A DNA stretch of 64,000 bases from Proteromonas lacertae. Its lineage: Eukaryota. Positions 14,948 through 27,088 of this stretch are shown in pieces; the stretch's first letter is position 1; the number at the start of each line of letters is the position of its first letter. The stretch is from assembly GCA_002245135.1 (NCBI GenBank), contig NGBS01000009.1:62001-126000 (forward strand). The letters are read 5' to 3'. The position numbers and the translations under genes are program-made. Below the pieces are notes generated by a model. The model was not told the DNA's origin, did not search any database, and was given only the letters and a program-made list of their open reading frames with translations.

Positions 14948-16370
14948 ATGTCTTATCGAGAATTGAGACGTAATAATTTTTTGAATAATTTATTATAGGT
15001 TTTACTGAAATTATGCGATCTTTGGGTTATCCTCATAAGATCTCAGTATTAAAATTCAAATTTTATTGATAGGTTGACAGTTTTAGAACCCCTAACTTTG
15101 AGCTTGTAGCTGATTGTTTATACTGGTTAACTACTAGGTATATTGTATGGTTGTATTGTTATTTAGATATGATCCACATATAAATATATCTGATGAGTAT
15201 AGTACTGAAGAAGATAGAATAAATTTACTAACTACAATAGCAGAAGTATTTTTTGAAATTCTATTTTCTAGAAAATGGCTAGTTTGGCTAGAATCCGACT
15301 AAATACAAAAAAACTTTATGCGGCAGAGGGTCATGCAGTACGTGAATTACTTAAAATAGCAAATATACTATATAAGTATCAATAATCAAAATTTACTCTA
15401 TTGTAGTGCACATATTAATACAACAGATGATGATACAATTGAAGATGCCTATGTAGATGATGAAAAGAGAATATCAGTAGATACAGCTAAAGATTTATCC
15501 AATGGAATTAGAGAAAGTGGTGTAAAACTATATGATTTATTAGGCGAAGAAAGCCAATTATCAGCAAGTAGAGCAAAAACAATATCTTTCTTAGATACAT
15601 CAGGCATTGGAGGTGATTTAGCAGCTAAGTATAAAGAATTGATTTTTTTTAATAAAAATAGAAAATTAAATGGTTTAATAACATCAGCAGAAGCTAATGA
15701 AAAACAATTAGATGCACAAATAGACGAATTAAAGAGAGATAAGAGTACTTTTGAGAAGAAATTAGAGAAAAAGAACGAAGATTATGAAAGATTAGAGAAA
15801 AAGATCCATGAAACTCGTAATTTCAGACCTGCTTATATGGATGAGTATGAAAGATTAGAAGATGAAATGAGACAGATTTATGCAGAATATTTAAGCAGAT
15901 ACCGTAATTTAGATTATCTAGAAAAACAATTAGACAAATATAATAGACAAGAAGAAGAAAGTGCTAAAGCAGCTCAGAAAGAATTAAAGAAATTACAAGA
16001 CAAAATGAAGAGGGATATAATAAAGGCAACAAAAGAGAATTTAGATGATGTTGATGAAGATGATAGTGAATCAGGCTCAGATTCAAGTGAAAGTGAATCT
16101 GGATCTGATGAAGATGAGAGTGATGGAGAAGTTGCTGGTGGAGGTCGTGGTGGTTATAACAGAATGGGAGGTAATGGAGCAAGAGGTGGTGCTGCAGGTG
16201 GTGGTGGTGGTGATAGAGGTAGACCAGCTGGTCAGAATGGTGGTGGTAGATATAATATAAGAGGTAATATGGCTGGTGGAGGTGATTCTAGTCCATCTGA
16301 TAGTGATTCTGATGATGATGACGATGATGATGATGATAGTGATGTACCATCTAGTGATGAAGATAATTAA
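14948..16370 (+). CDS. CLUAP1: Clusterin-associated protein 1 / IFT38 (IFT-B subunit)
   Basis: Spliced product starts [19 protein letters not shown]...[12 protein letters not shown] and contains [12 protein letters not shown] plus an acidic tail. Six short introns; frame intact. Confidence 0.93.
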
Positions 16371-16450
16371 ATTTTTATATATATTTTTGGAATATTCTGT
16401 TGATTTTGGTTAAATAAAGAATTAATATGTTAATAAGAGTTTAAAAGTAG

Positions 16451-17686
16451 TTATGTTAATTTATTTTGGCAAGAAGGGCATTTATCATCCATTACAAATT
16501 GATCATAGCAGTTTTCGTGAATATAATGAAGGCAATTCTTGAATTGGTATACATTCACAGTTAAATTCTGTCCACAACATATACACTTACCACCTAATGG
16601 TGGTCTATTAATAGCAGTAGCTACATCGTTCAAATCAGGTACATCACCAACAACATCAGGTAATGCTCTATTATATGCATCACTATGTAAAGTCATTGAA
16701 GCTTCTTCTTGTGTAACTGTTGGTAATCTTGAAGGAACAATATTACCGTGATGTCCGATAGAAGATGGTCTAATACTCCCACTGACTATATTAGACACTG
16801 CTCTATTCTCTATATCACTCAATGTACCTCTTTCATATGCCCAAGGAAGTGGAATAATTGGAGATCGATGGAATTTGGCTATTAAACATATATATATATC
16901 AAAAATATACCATAAGCAAAAACTGTTCTAACATAACCAGTACCTACATTTGTTTGTGATAATGAGTTTGCATCAATCACATATCTTCTACCATATGCCA
17001 TCTGATTGATTTTCTTGTTGAATTCTTTGGCTATTGTTAAATTAACACATTGTTCTGGTGGATATAATCTCACTTGTCTACCATATTCATCTCCATCATC
17101 ATCAAATCCAAATACTATTAATCATAATCATATAAAAATATATACATTCGCCTTCATATTTTATCATTCTTACTACTGTTGCACTATAGTCAGAAGTACG
17201 ATAACATGCTAATGTATTCCAAATTGTGCAAGATTCACCATCTCTGTTGATTTTTACACTGTTACCATAATTTGGTATTGATTGTATAGCTCTCTGAATT
17301 TCTATTGTGTAAACCATCCAACTACCATCATAATATTCATATTGGTCTATAAATAAATAAATTTGAATAAATATACCACTACTGTTCTTTCTGATTGGTT
17401 TCATATTACCGCTTGTGTTGTTTATCTCAATATAACCTTGATAGACCACAAAACTATACGTCAGTGTAAAAATGAAAAGCAATACCTGTCTCTATTACCT
17501 TTATTATTAGCACTGACTGTTACAGTTAATATAGACTTTGTCATAGCTGCATCTATAGCTTTATTAGCTTCTATGAATATATAAAACAGCAAAATACCAT
17601 CTCCAAAAGGATAGAACACTCCTGGTCTAATTGAATATCTCTCATAAACTATGTTATTGTATGAAGACTAAAATAATACCATTCAT
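16451..17686 (-). CDS. WWE-like repeats + C-terminal RING finger (Deltex-like E3 ligase architecture)
   Basis: WWE-like segments (YEYYDGSWMVY; YVIDANSLSQTNVGTGYVRTV) and RING CICC...CLHYIHENC...CPSC. Frame intact after splicing six introns. Confidence 0.65.
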
Positions 17687-17815
17687 TATGAAGAAAAATG
17701 AATCTAAAGTAAAAAAATAAAAAATCACTCAAATCAAGCTAATTTTCATTTTACAGTGAATGTCTTACTAAATACAAACAAAATGAAAGAAAACATATTA
17801 AAAAAAGGGAAAACA

Positions 17816-19143
17816 TTAAAACCACGGAGGATCTGGAACAGTATATTTCCATGATTCACTCTAAATAATATATAAATAAAATAAATACTTCATATTGTAA
17901 TGCATGTAGATAAATTTCATTGTAATCCAATTGAGAATCACAAAATCCAGCTAAATTTTCATCCTCACCTCTATTCTGAATGATACAAAATGGACATATT
18001 CTATTCCAATCAATATTCTCTAAATCAATAGTTTCTTTCTTCACAGAATCATCAACTGTATAATCAGAAAACGGTTTAACATCTCTATTAAACTCAAGAT
18101 TATACTTAGGATTATATAATGGATCATTGGTGATAGGAAATCCAAGATATTTCAAATGCAATCTAATCTGATGCGTTCTTCCTGTAACTGGAATACATTT
18201 AACAATTGAAGTGTTTTCTTCATCATTTTTCTTTATAAATGTGAATTTTGTAACTGTATTTTTACCTGTTTCGATTGTCTGATAAGTTCCTTCGTGATGA
18301 CTTACAATATCTGTTGGAATTGTAACAATTACTGTATTATCTTCCCATTGAATATATTTACTCTTACTTTCATCATAAAAAGAAGAATGTTTATATTCAT
18401 CTTCATTCCCTGGGAATTTATTATCAACTTTAGCAAGATAAGTCTTAATAACTTTATCATTTTCAATTAAATTACATATTTCATGAGCAACAGTTGAGTT
18501 TTTAGCTAACATTACTAAACCAGATGTTAATCTATCTAATCGATGAATAATAAATAATGGTGTTTTATTCTGTTCTTTTGCTAGGATATATAATACACTG
18601 TTATATCTAAATGCACCTGAAGGATGTATTGGAATTGATGGAGGCTTGTTTATTACAATATAATCATCATTTTCATATACAATTGTAACAGGAAAATTTA
18701 AAACAGGTGGTTCGTTTATAATAATGAATTAAAAGAATTAAACTATTTCAAATATATGTATTTATTTATTCAAAAGATATGTCTATGAGAGATATGAGTA
18801 ATAAAATCACCATTCTTCAAAATGTAGTTTTCTGTTATTTGTTCTGAATTAACCATAATTAAGCCTAATTTAATAGCAGATTTATAATAATTTAGTGAGT
18901 AAGAATGGTATTCTTTTTCAAACATATCGATAATTCTCATTCCATACCATCTCTATTATAAAAATAAACATTTTTATAATAACATACACCTTTACAGAAT
19001 GTCTTATATTCATATTTATAAGGTTTTACACATCTTTTACTCTCTTTTATCTCATAGTCTGTCTCATTCAGATTAAGTTCATTTCTATTTGTCGAATATT
19101 CATGTTGTTTTAGTTTTCTTCTCTTAGTTCCTACTTTAATCAT
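17816..19143 (-). CDS. RluA-family RNA pseudouridine synthase (RPUSD2/Pus9-like)
   Basis: Motifs HRHEPPV, NKPPSIPIHPSG, HRLDRLTSG and TGRTHQIRLHL. Contains a 65-nt non-canonical intron. Confidence 0.92.
18716..18780 (-). other. U12-type (minor) intron with AT-AA termini
   Basis: 5' end ATATCTTT, branch-like TTCTTTTAAT near the 3' end, terminates ...TTATAA. Removal restores HRHEPPV. Confidence 0.8.
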
Positions 19144-19233
19144 GATTTTTTAATTGGACATGATCTGTTCTTTTCGGAAATGTTTGATTTGAAAAAATTG
19201 TATAACTGAAATATAAAGATTTATTTTTTTGGA

Positions 19234-20060
19234 ATGACAGATTCAAAAATCCCTCTTGATGTAATGAGTATGATGGGGTTATAACGTATTATATTAAATA
19301 GAGCCATGCAATTTATGTGGCAAGATAATAACTGATTCTGTTTATGTGACATTTAAAGATAAGATTAGTCACAAAGAATGTTTCAAATGCTCAAAATGTG
19401 GAAAATTATTAGATGGACAAGAATTTCAGGTTGAAAGCGTAAAATTCTGTTATTTAATCTTTTTTATAGGATAAATTATACTGCATTGACGATTACAAGA
19501 AGTATTTCTGTAAACATTGTGCAGTTTGCGGAGAGGCTTTAATAGGAAAGTTCTATCCTTGTGGTGATAAATTCTATCATGATAAATGCTTTGTTTGCAA
19601 GGACTGTGGAAAGAGTGTAGTTAGTGGATATAAAGAATCTCCACCAGATGCTGATCATGATGTTGGTATCTTCTGCCCAGATCACTATTACGAACATTTT
19701 GGTGAAATCTGTACTGCATGTGGTAAAAGATGTCATGCACAAGTTGAGATATTGAGGGATTATAAGTACCATCCAGAATGCTTTTCTTGCTGTGTTTGTA
19801 AGAAACATCTTGAAAATGGTGAATTTAAAGTCCAATTTAGTGAAGATAATCAACCTCCAAAGATATATTGTACAGAACACTATGGAGAATTAGTAGCTCC
19901 AAAATGTTGTGGATGTAAAAAGCCTTTGGAAGGAAGTTATGTTACTGCAAATGGAAGTACTTATCATCACGAATGCTTCAAATGTGAAAAATGTGGTAAT
20001 GTCATTGAAAAATCCTATGCTATAGTTGATGGTAAAGTTTGTTGTCCAAATTGTAAGTAG
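19234..20060 (+). CDS. Four-LIM-domain protein (paxillin-like LIM array), paralog 1
   Basis: Four CxxC...HxxCFxCxxC...C LIM units; two introns. Confidence 0.9.
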
Positions 20061-21202
20061 ATTTGTATGAGTAAATGAATATTTGATTTTTTTTAATATT
20101 ATCTGTTTTGTAATAATCAGAATAATGAATAACCTACTCTTTTGTCCATACAGTTTAATACATACGATTTGCTTTTCATTTTCACATAACTCTAAAAGAA
20201 TCAATAACAGAGAATAATATCATACAATACACAATGCAATTAAAGAATAACAATTCATATTTAATAATACACGTATTGTTCTGTATTATCTGTCTTTCTT
20301 TTTTGATTTATTTTCTCTCTATATATTTATTATTGATTATTAATTCCACAAATATCCATCTAAAAGATGAATATAAAATCCATAAATGGTGTATTGTTGG
20401 TATTGAACACTTCAATTATTTAAACAATAATATACTATTCAGATATATAATATTATTCACATTTTTATACTTAATCATGATTTATTGTTGATTAACCATT
20501 TAAGAACATCCTACAGTTGTATATTTTTAAAAACTAGGTTATAAACTAATATGATTTTCATATACTTTCATAAAACCAGTAAGATAAAACTTGAAAATGG
20601 TTAAAATGAAAAGAAAAAAGGTGTTAATGATGAAAAAACATACTAAAACGAAGTATAGAAATTCCTATTTGCAAAATAGATATTATTTTTTTGAAGTTTA
20701 CAGTAGAATATCTGAACGAAATGAATTGTATAAACTCTTTTTTTCTATTTTCAATCCCTTTATATGATTATAATCTATTAACTGTAGAAAATTATTATAT
20801 TTAAGGTAAGACAGTATGAAATACTGTTTATATTACATTCAAAGGTAAAGTAAGTTAGAAAGAGTGTTTAAAATGCTGAAATATTAGATGAGATTGAAAA
20901 GTTCAGTTTTATTGTTAATCTTCATTTATAGAAAATGGATAATATTAATAAGTTTATTTTAGTGAAGATAATCAGTAGTAATGTTGTGGTTGTTAATAGT
21001 CTTTAAAAGGATATTTGTCATTATAAGAAGTAGATTTAGTAAAAGCAGAGTGTAGTTGAATAATTTATTTTATTATAATGTTACTTGTTTGTTATAAATG
21101 ATATATTATTGTGTAATAGTATATTATAGAACATATGTCCAACCTAAAAAATCGGACAATTCTGTTTTTATTGTTGTTTTTGAGTATTAATCAAGCAGTT
21201 TA

Positions 21203-22108
21203 ATGGGTAATTGTTCTGGTAAAAATGCAACATGTATATATAATTGCTTTTTGATAGTTATATTCACTGTTGAGACTAAAATGAGATGAATTGCCTATTC
21301 TTTAGAATTATATATTTCTATATAATTATATTTTAATAGCTGTATCAGGATGTTCTGTTTGTGGAAAAGAAATAACTGATACAACAGTCATTTCTTATAG
21401 AGACAAGAAATGCCATAAAGCATGCTTTAAATGTTCAAAATGTCACAAGGCCTTAGATTTAAACGGATTTAAAATCAATAATGTATTGTTTAAAAGAAAC
21501 TAATTTTTAATTAGGATAAACTATATTGTGTAGATTGCCATAATAAAGAGAATGGCATGAAATGTGCTGTATGCAAACAACCATTAACAGGTAAATACTA
21601 TCCTTGTGGAGATAAACTCTATCATGAAAAGTGTTTTAAATGCAAAGATTGTGGTAAAAGTGTAGTAGATGGATACAAGGAATCACCTCCAGAAGCTACT
21701 AGTAATATTGGTGTATTCTGCCCCAAACACTATTATGAACATTTTGGTGAAACCTGTACTGCTTGTGGTAAAAAAATTCAAGAAAAAACAACAGCATTAA
21801 AAGATTTTAAATACCATCCTGAATGTTTTGCTTGTTGTATTTGTAAGAAGCAATTGTCTAATGGTCATTATCATACAAAGTATGATGATGAGAAAAAACC
21901 TCCTAAAATATACTGTGATAAACATTATGATGAATTATTTGCACAAAAATGTTGTAAATGTGATAAACCTTTAGATGTGAAATATGTTACAGCTAATGGT
22001 AAAAATTATCATCATAAATGTTTCAAATGCGAGTTTTGTGGTAAAGTGATTGATAGTTCATATACCACAGTTGATAATAAAATATGTTGTCCAAAATGTA
22101 AAAAGTAA
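21203..22108 (+). CDS. Four-LIM-domain protein, paralog 2, with N-terminal MGNC
   Basis: Tandem paralog of 19234-20060, sharing YPCGDK, GYKESPP and HYYEHFGE and both intron positions. Confidence 0.9.
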
Positions 22109-22235
22109 AGTATAGTTTTTATAAGAATTTATATATATAATTCCTTTTTCATTTGTTTGTAGTGAGAAAAACAACAAAAATCAAAATATATGAAAATATA
22201 GTCGTTTTATTCATAAAAATCGTTTTTTTATTAAA

Positions 22236-22832
22236 ATGGATTATAAACCACCAAACAACCAGTTTTTCGGATTAACAAGTCTAGGAGCTAATTCATTTGA
22301 TCCATCAATTATGGATTATCTTAGAATAAGTAATTTTTCAAACGATGAAATTAGAATTTCTTTCAATAGAATAATAAAAAGAGATGCACCTGGAATATCG
22401 CGAGATGATGTATTTATTTTTAATATTCATTTGTAGATATTCTATGTTTTGAGAGATATGTATCATGGACCAACTCCATCTATACAAGAAGAAGCTGATA
22501 TAATAAGCCAGAATTGTCCAAATGATGTAATTACATTAGAAGACTTTTATAAAGCAGCAGATGTGGCAAGAGAGAAAATGAAGGAAGAACCTATGGGTTT
22601 GCCAGTGACAAAAGAGTTTACATCAACAAATCAATGGAAATTTGTAATGACAAAGCATATCCCCTACAAATATGATCCAAGAGATAAACAGAAAGTTCCA
22701 ATGACAATGTCACAAGAAATTGGATGGGATAAAGAATTCTTTGATTCAACAGAAAAACCATATTTTCCTTTAAATACATCAGAAGAAACAAGATTTGCAG
22801 AAGCTATGATAAAACAAGGAGAATATTTCTAA
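22236..22832 (+). CDS. EF-hand-like protein with C-terminal PxTxSQEIGW motif (FAM183/TEX49-like ciliary microtubule inner protein candidate)
   Basis: DPRDKQKVPMTMSQEIGW...FPLNTSEETRFAEAM; one intron. Confidence 0.5.
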
Positions 22833-22874
22833 ATTAATTATTAGTGTATTTTATTTTAATTATTGTAGTTTTCA

Positions 22875-24024
22875 TTAATCAAATTCGAAATCTTCTTCAT
22901 GATCTAATAAACTATCTAGAAAATCTGTTGTATTTGTTTCTGTAACATCTGAAGATGTAATACTCTCTTTATTATTAACATTACTAACATTATCATCATT
23001 TTTATTATCTTCAACTACATTTTCTTTATTGACTTTATTAACATCATTTAATATCATTACTTTCGATTTAGTTGGAGATTCTATCACAGGTGATTGTATA
23101 ATACTTCTATTTAATTCCTTTTCAATTTGTAGATGTTTATTTTCTTCAACAATCATTGGTTTATTATTGTTATTATTATTATTTTTCATTCTTCCAACAA
23201 ATGAAGAATATCGAATATATTGATATGTAAAAGGCGGTGGATAATTAATACTATCATATGGTGGTAGTAATGGTAAAGATAATCCTTCACATTCCATATT
23301 ATTATCCGTTATTATATCAATATTGCTTAATGACCTTTGAAGTATCTTAATATTTGTATTATTGGTGTTATATTCACTAAAAGATTGAGATCTAAATAAT
23401 GTTTGACATGTACTATTATAAAATGTAGGATTAGTAAAAGAATTTTGAAAACATTGAGGTTGTATCTATACATGTAAAATAAATTAAGAACAATTGAAAT
23501 ATATACATCTAAATTTTTATCAATCTCTTTAATTATTGCATTTCCTTCTTCTTCATGTATTTTCATTCCATTTAATAATCTTCCTTCAATTATATTGTCT
23601 AGATTCCTTAGTTCCACATCACCAAAACCTAACCATTCTATATCTGCATATGTATGCTTCATCACATGGATTTCTTCAGATTTAAATACTTGAAGTACTT
23701 TTGCATAACCTCGAAAGGCTTTTAAATGTGAGTCATAGAATATTATAATCACTCTTAGTTTATGATCTAAGCATATCTTTAAGTTCTTAAATGTAACTTC
23801 ATTAACTAACCATAAATTTAATTGTACTGCTTCGAATAGAGTATCAGGTTCTTCAATAATTTGGATGAAATATTCTGTATTGACCTTCTAATAACTAATA
23901 CAAATAATCATACCACAACATCTAAACTAGGTGGAGTTTCAATTTCCATTTGCTTATCACCATCTATCACCAACTCAACAACATCATCATCATCGCTTTC
24001 TACATCATATTGATTAGCTGACAT
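22875..24024 (-). CDS. Divergent YTH-domain-like protein
   Basis: YFIQI...NLWLV...VIIIFY...FRGYAKV...IEWL...NGMKI...GNAII follows the YTH motif order. Two introns; frame intact. Confidence 0.5.
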
Positions 24025-24066
24025 TTGTATGGTCAATTACACTCCAAATTTACACATTAGCTTTTA

Positions 24067-24837
24067 ATGTCAATATTCATATTACATTTTGAAAATTCAA
24101 CCGAAAAGGATATAAATAAATATATAAAAGAAGTATAGCATAATTATTCTATAATAGATGGAAGCTTTTATTAATTCAACTAAAAATCCGCACATTCAAA
24201 GAGAAATGGAATATAAAATAGAAAATAGTGTTTTAACAATTGTAGTTGATCGATCCTACTATGTTCCACTATCTGAGTGCTACTCTAACATGTTAGTTAA
24301 AGTAAGTAAATATTCATGGTTTATTTTATTAAATAGGATGTAGTTCAATGTTTATATGAAGTATCTACTGTTTTAAGAATATATCAAAAGAGACAATTAG
24401 TTCATAGCAACATTGATATTTATTCAATTTTTCATTCTTTAGATAATAATTACACAATTTTACCATTATTTTTTAACCCTCAAATTTCTTTTTATTCAAC
24501 TAAATATTTAACATTACATTCACCATTCTATTCATCAGAGCTATTCCAACAATGTCCAAATGTTAATGTCCAAATAGATATGTATAGTTTAGGTATTACA
24601 TTGTATTATTGTATAACTCACAACTTACCTTATTATTCTAATAATATAAATAATTATAAATCCAGTAGAGTAGTGAATAAAATCACTGTATATGAGCCAT
24701 TGGATAATATAATAAATAATTTAATATCAAATCAAACCATATTACTACCCACTGATATTTTAACAACTTCATTAATGCAAACATTCATTAATCTACCAGA
24801 TAATTGTGATTTACCTAATATTCTACCAGAATTATAA
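24067..24837 (+). CDS. Small protein-kinase-like pseudokinase
   Basis: LVHSNI in place of HRD, YSSE in place of APE, IDMYSLGITLY, and LPY. No recognisable DFG or Gly loop. Confidence 0.6.
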
Positions 24838-24918
24838 GTTATTATGTTTTTGTTGGAATATTTAATAATTAAAAAATAAATAATAAAAAATAAAATATAA
24901 AATAATAATGTATTTATT

Positions 24919-25783
24919 TTATTCTGCACATTTGTATATTTTTGAATTATCATAAGTTATTACTTTTTCATATTCACTCTTCTTCTCCAATATACTCTCT
25001 ATATAAATAAAAATAAATTAATAGTAATATATATATATATATATATATACCAGCATTAATTCTCATTGCTTTGGCTATTGTTGTTACTGGAATTGGAGTT
25101 TGAAACCATGAACCAAATTTCTCATTTCCTCTTGCTTTATCTCCTCTACCTAACAATCCAGGTTGATATATTTCAAGAGAATCAAAATTCAATGTTTTAA
25201 GATTCTCTTCAATCATTCCTTTGGTTTTCATATATTGAAGCCAGCTATTTGGATTAGCTCCCACTGATGATATTAAACTAGTATGATTTATTCCATTATC
25301 CTTTGCGAATTTTGAACATTTTGTTATAAATCCATATTCGATTTTATGAAATTGAGACTATTTAAACATAGAACTTATATTGTAATTATACAGCACCACC
25401 TGCATCAGATCTAGTTGTACCAAAACATGAAAAGAAATAATCATGATCTTTGAAATAATCGGCATGATTGTCAATTTCATCAACTGTACTTATCTATTCA
25501 TATTATTATGTTGTATATATTACATACAAGCTGAACTAATCTTCCACTTTTTTCGTTCTCTTCGACTAAACTCTGATTCTTACCCTCACCATCATACTTT
25601 CGTCTATACAATATTCACCATTATATTAATTATATACCTTCCAACTGTAGTAATTTTAGACCATTTAGGACTGTTTAGCAACTCTAATACCAACTCTGAA
25701 CCAATTGCACCAGTGCCTATCAAATGAAATTAGTAACAGATACTTCCTATAATAATAGCTTTGAAAAGTGAAGTTTCTGACAT
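24919..25783 (-). CDS. HTATIP2/TIP30-like NAD(P)-binding oxidoreductase
   Basis: IIGSTGAIG, FSCFGTTRSDAG, SSVGANPNS and IYQPGLL; five introns. Confidence 0.88.
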
Positions 25784-25910
25784 ATATAGAATGAAGAAGA
25801 GTGTTTTTTTTTTGTTTTTTTTGTATAGATTAACGAATCTATTTTTAGAACAACAAAAAAACAAAAATAATGGTGATACTCATTAAACTAATAAATACTT
25901 AATTAACTAT

Positions 25911-26941
25911 TCATAAATTCGACAGGTACAAGCTAAAACTATCATCGTTATTCTTGAGAACAAAAAAATCAGAGTGACTATTTTGGTTATAAATGTTTTA
26001 TATGATTATAATAATAACATACCATCTATTTTCATATAAATATAACAATTTAATATATACTTCTTACATCTAGAATAAAATCAATCAAACTTTAATACTC
26101 TCTAAAAATAGTGTAAATATATGAATAGAAAATACAATCTAAAAAATATGGTTTTGCATTATTATATACATTCTATATAAAGGGTAATAATAATTATTAA
26201 TACGGTCTAATCAATTTAATAAATTATATAATACATACATACTATAAATTAAGTTATATATATATACTCTCTATTATTAAAAGAATATATTAATTTATCT
26301 AAATAAATATATGTTATATACGGTATTAAACAACTATAAATTGATAAAAAATATATATATATAAATAGTTATACATTTCAACTCTATAATATTTATATTA
26401 ACAATATTTATTATACGGTCTATAAATCATATTACAATTTTTTATATTATACATTCTATCAATAATAGATGATAAAAATACTCTTTTGGTCTAACAGATT
26501 AACATAATAATTATTATACTCAAATCCTAATATTCTATTATATATTATTTATTTATATAATTATACTGACTATACATTATAGAATAAGTATTTATACTTG
26601 CTATTACAATAAAACAATTAAAAAATATTACTATATACCATCTACAACATTATATATATTATTATACTTTCTAATAACATAATATTATATTAAAATTAAC
26701 ATACGGACTAAAGAAATGTGAAAATAAGTAAACTTACCATTTTATATATTGAATGGATAACAAATATTCTGCTGCTGATTTATATGATTCAATTGCATCA
26801 TCTCCAATATATTTTGTATCTAATTAACCAGATTAGTTGGTTTAGTGATTATATGATACTAAAATTGAATAAAGAACATTGATCTTGCTCAGCAAATCCA
26901 TCATCCATATCTTGCGAGGAACCATCTGGTATTTCGTCCAT
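25911..26941 (-). CDS. Micro-exon gene encoding a 108-aa acidic protein with a CPKC-x25-CKKC zinc ribbon (22 exons, 19 of them 3-15 nt)
   Basis: Regular tag|exon|gtat pattern. Spliced product: MDEIPDGSSQDMDDGFAEQDQCSLFNFNTKYIGDDAIESYKSAAEYLLSIQYIKCPKCNQILGFEPKEIPVEICLIPDIPILECKKCHSDFFVLKNNDDSFSLYLSNL*. Confidence 0.85.
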
Positions 26942-27088
26942 ATTATCAAAACAAAATAATTCCGAAACGAATATATTTTTAGCAATATAAATAAACATGT
27001 AATTAATAAATATTCATTCCCTTTATTCAATATATACAATCACAAATACGTTATACAATAAATAAAATAAATAAATTCACAATTCTAA

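Noticed and set aside
20234..20491. 85-aa ORF and similar short ORF-track entries, including antisense ORFs over real genes
   Set aside because: Low-complexity I/Y/F/N-rich translations of AT-rich spacer, intron or antisense sequence with no motif support.
26200..26710. Recurring ATACGGTCTA-like words as a CRISPR array or tandem repeat
   Set aside because: They are the reverse complement of tag|ACC|gtat splice junctions; the spacers are introns, not repeat units.
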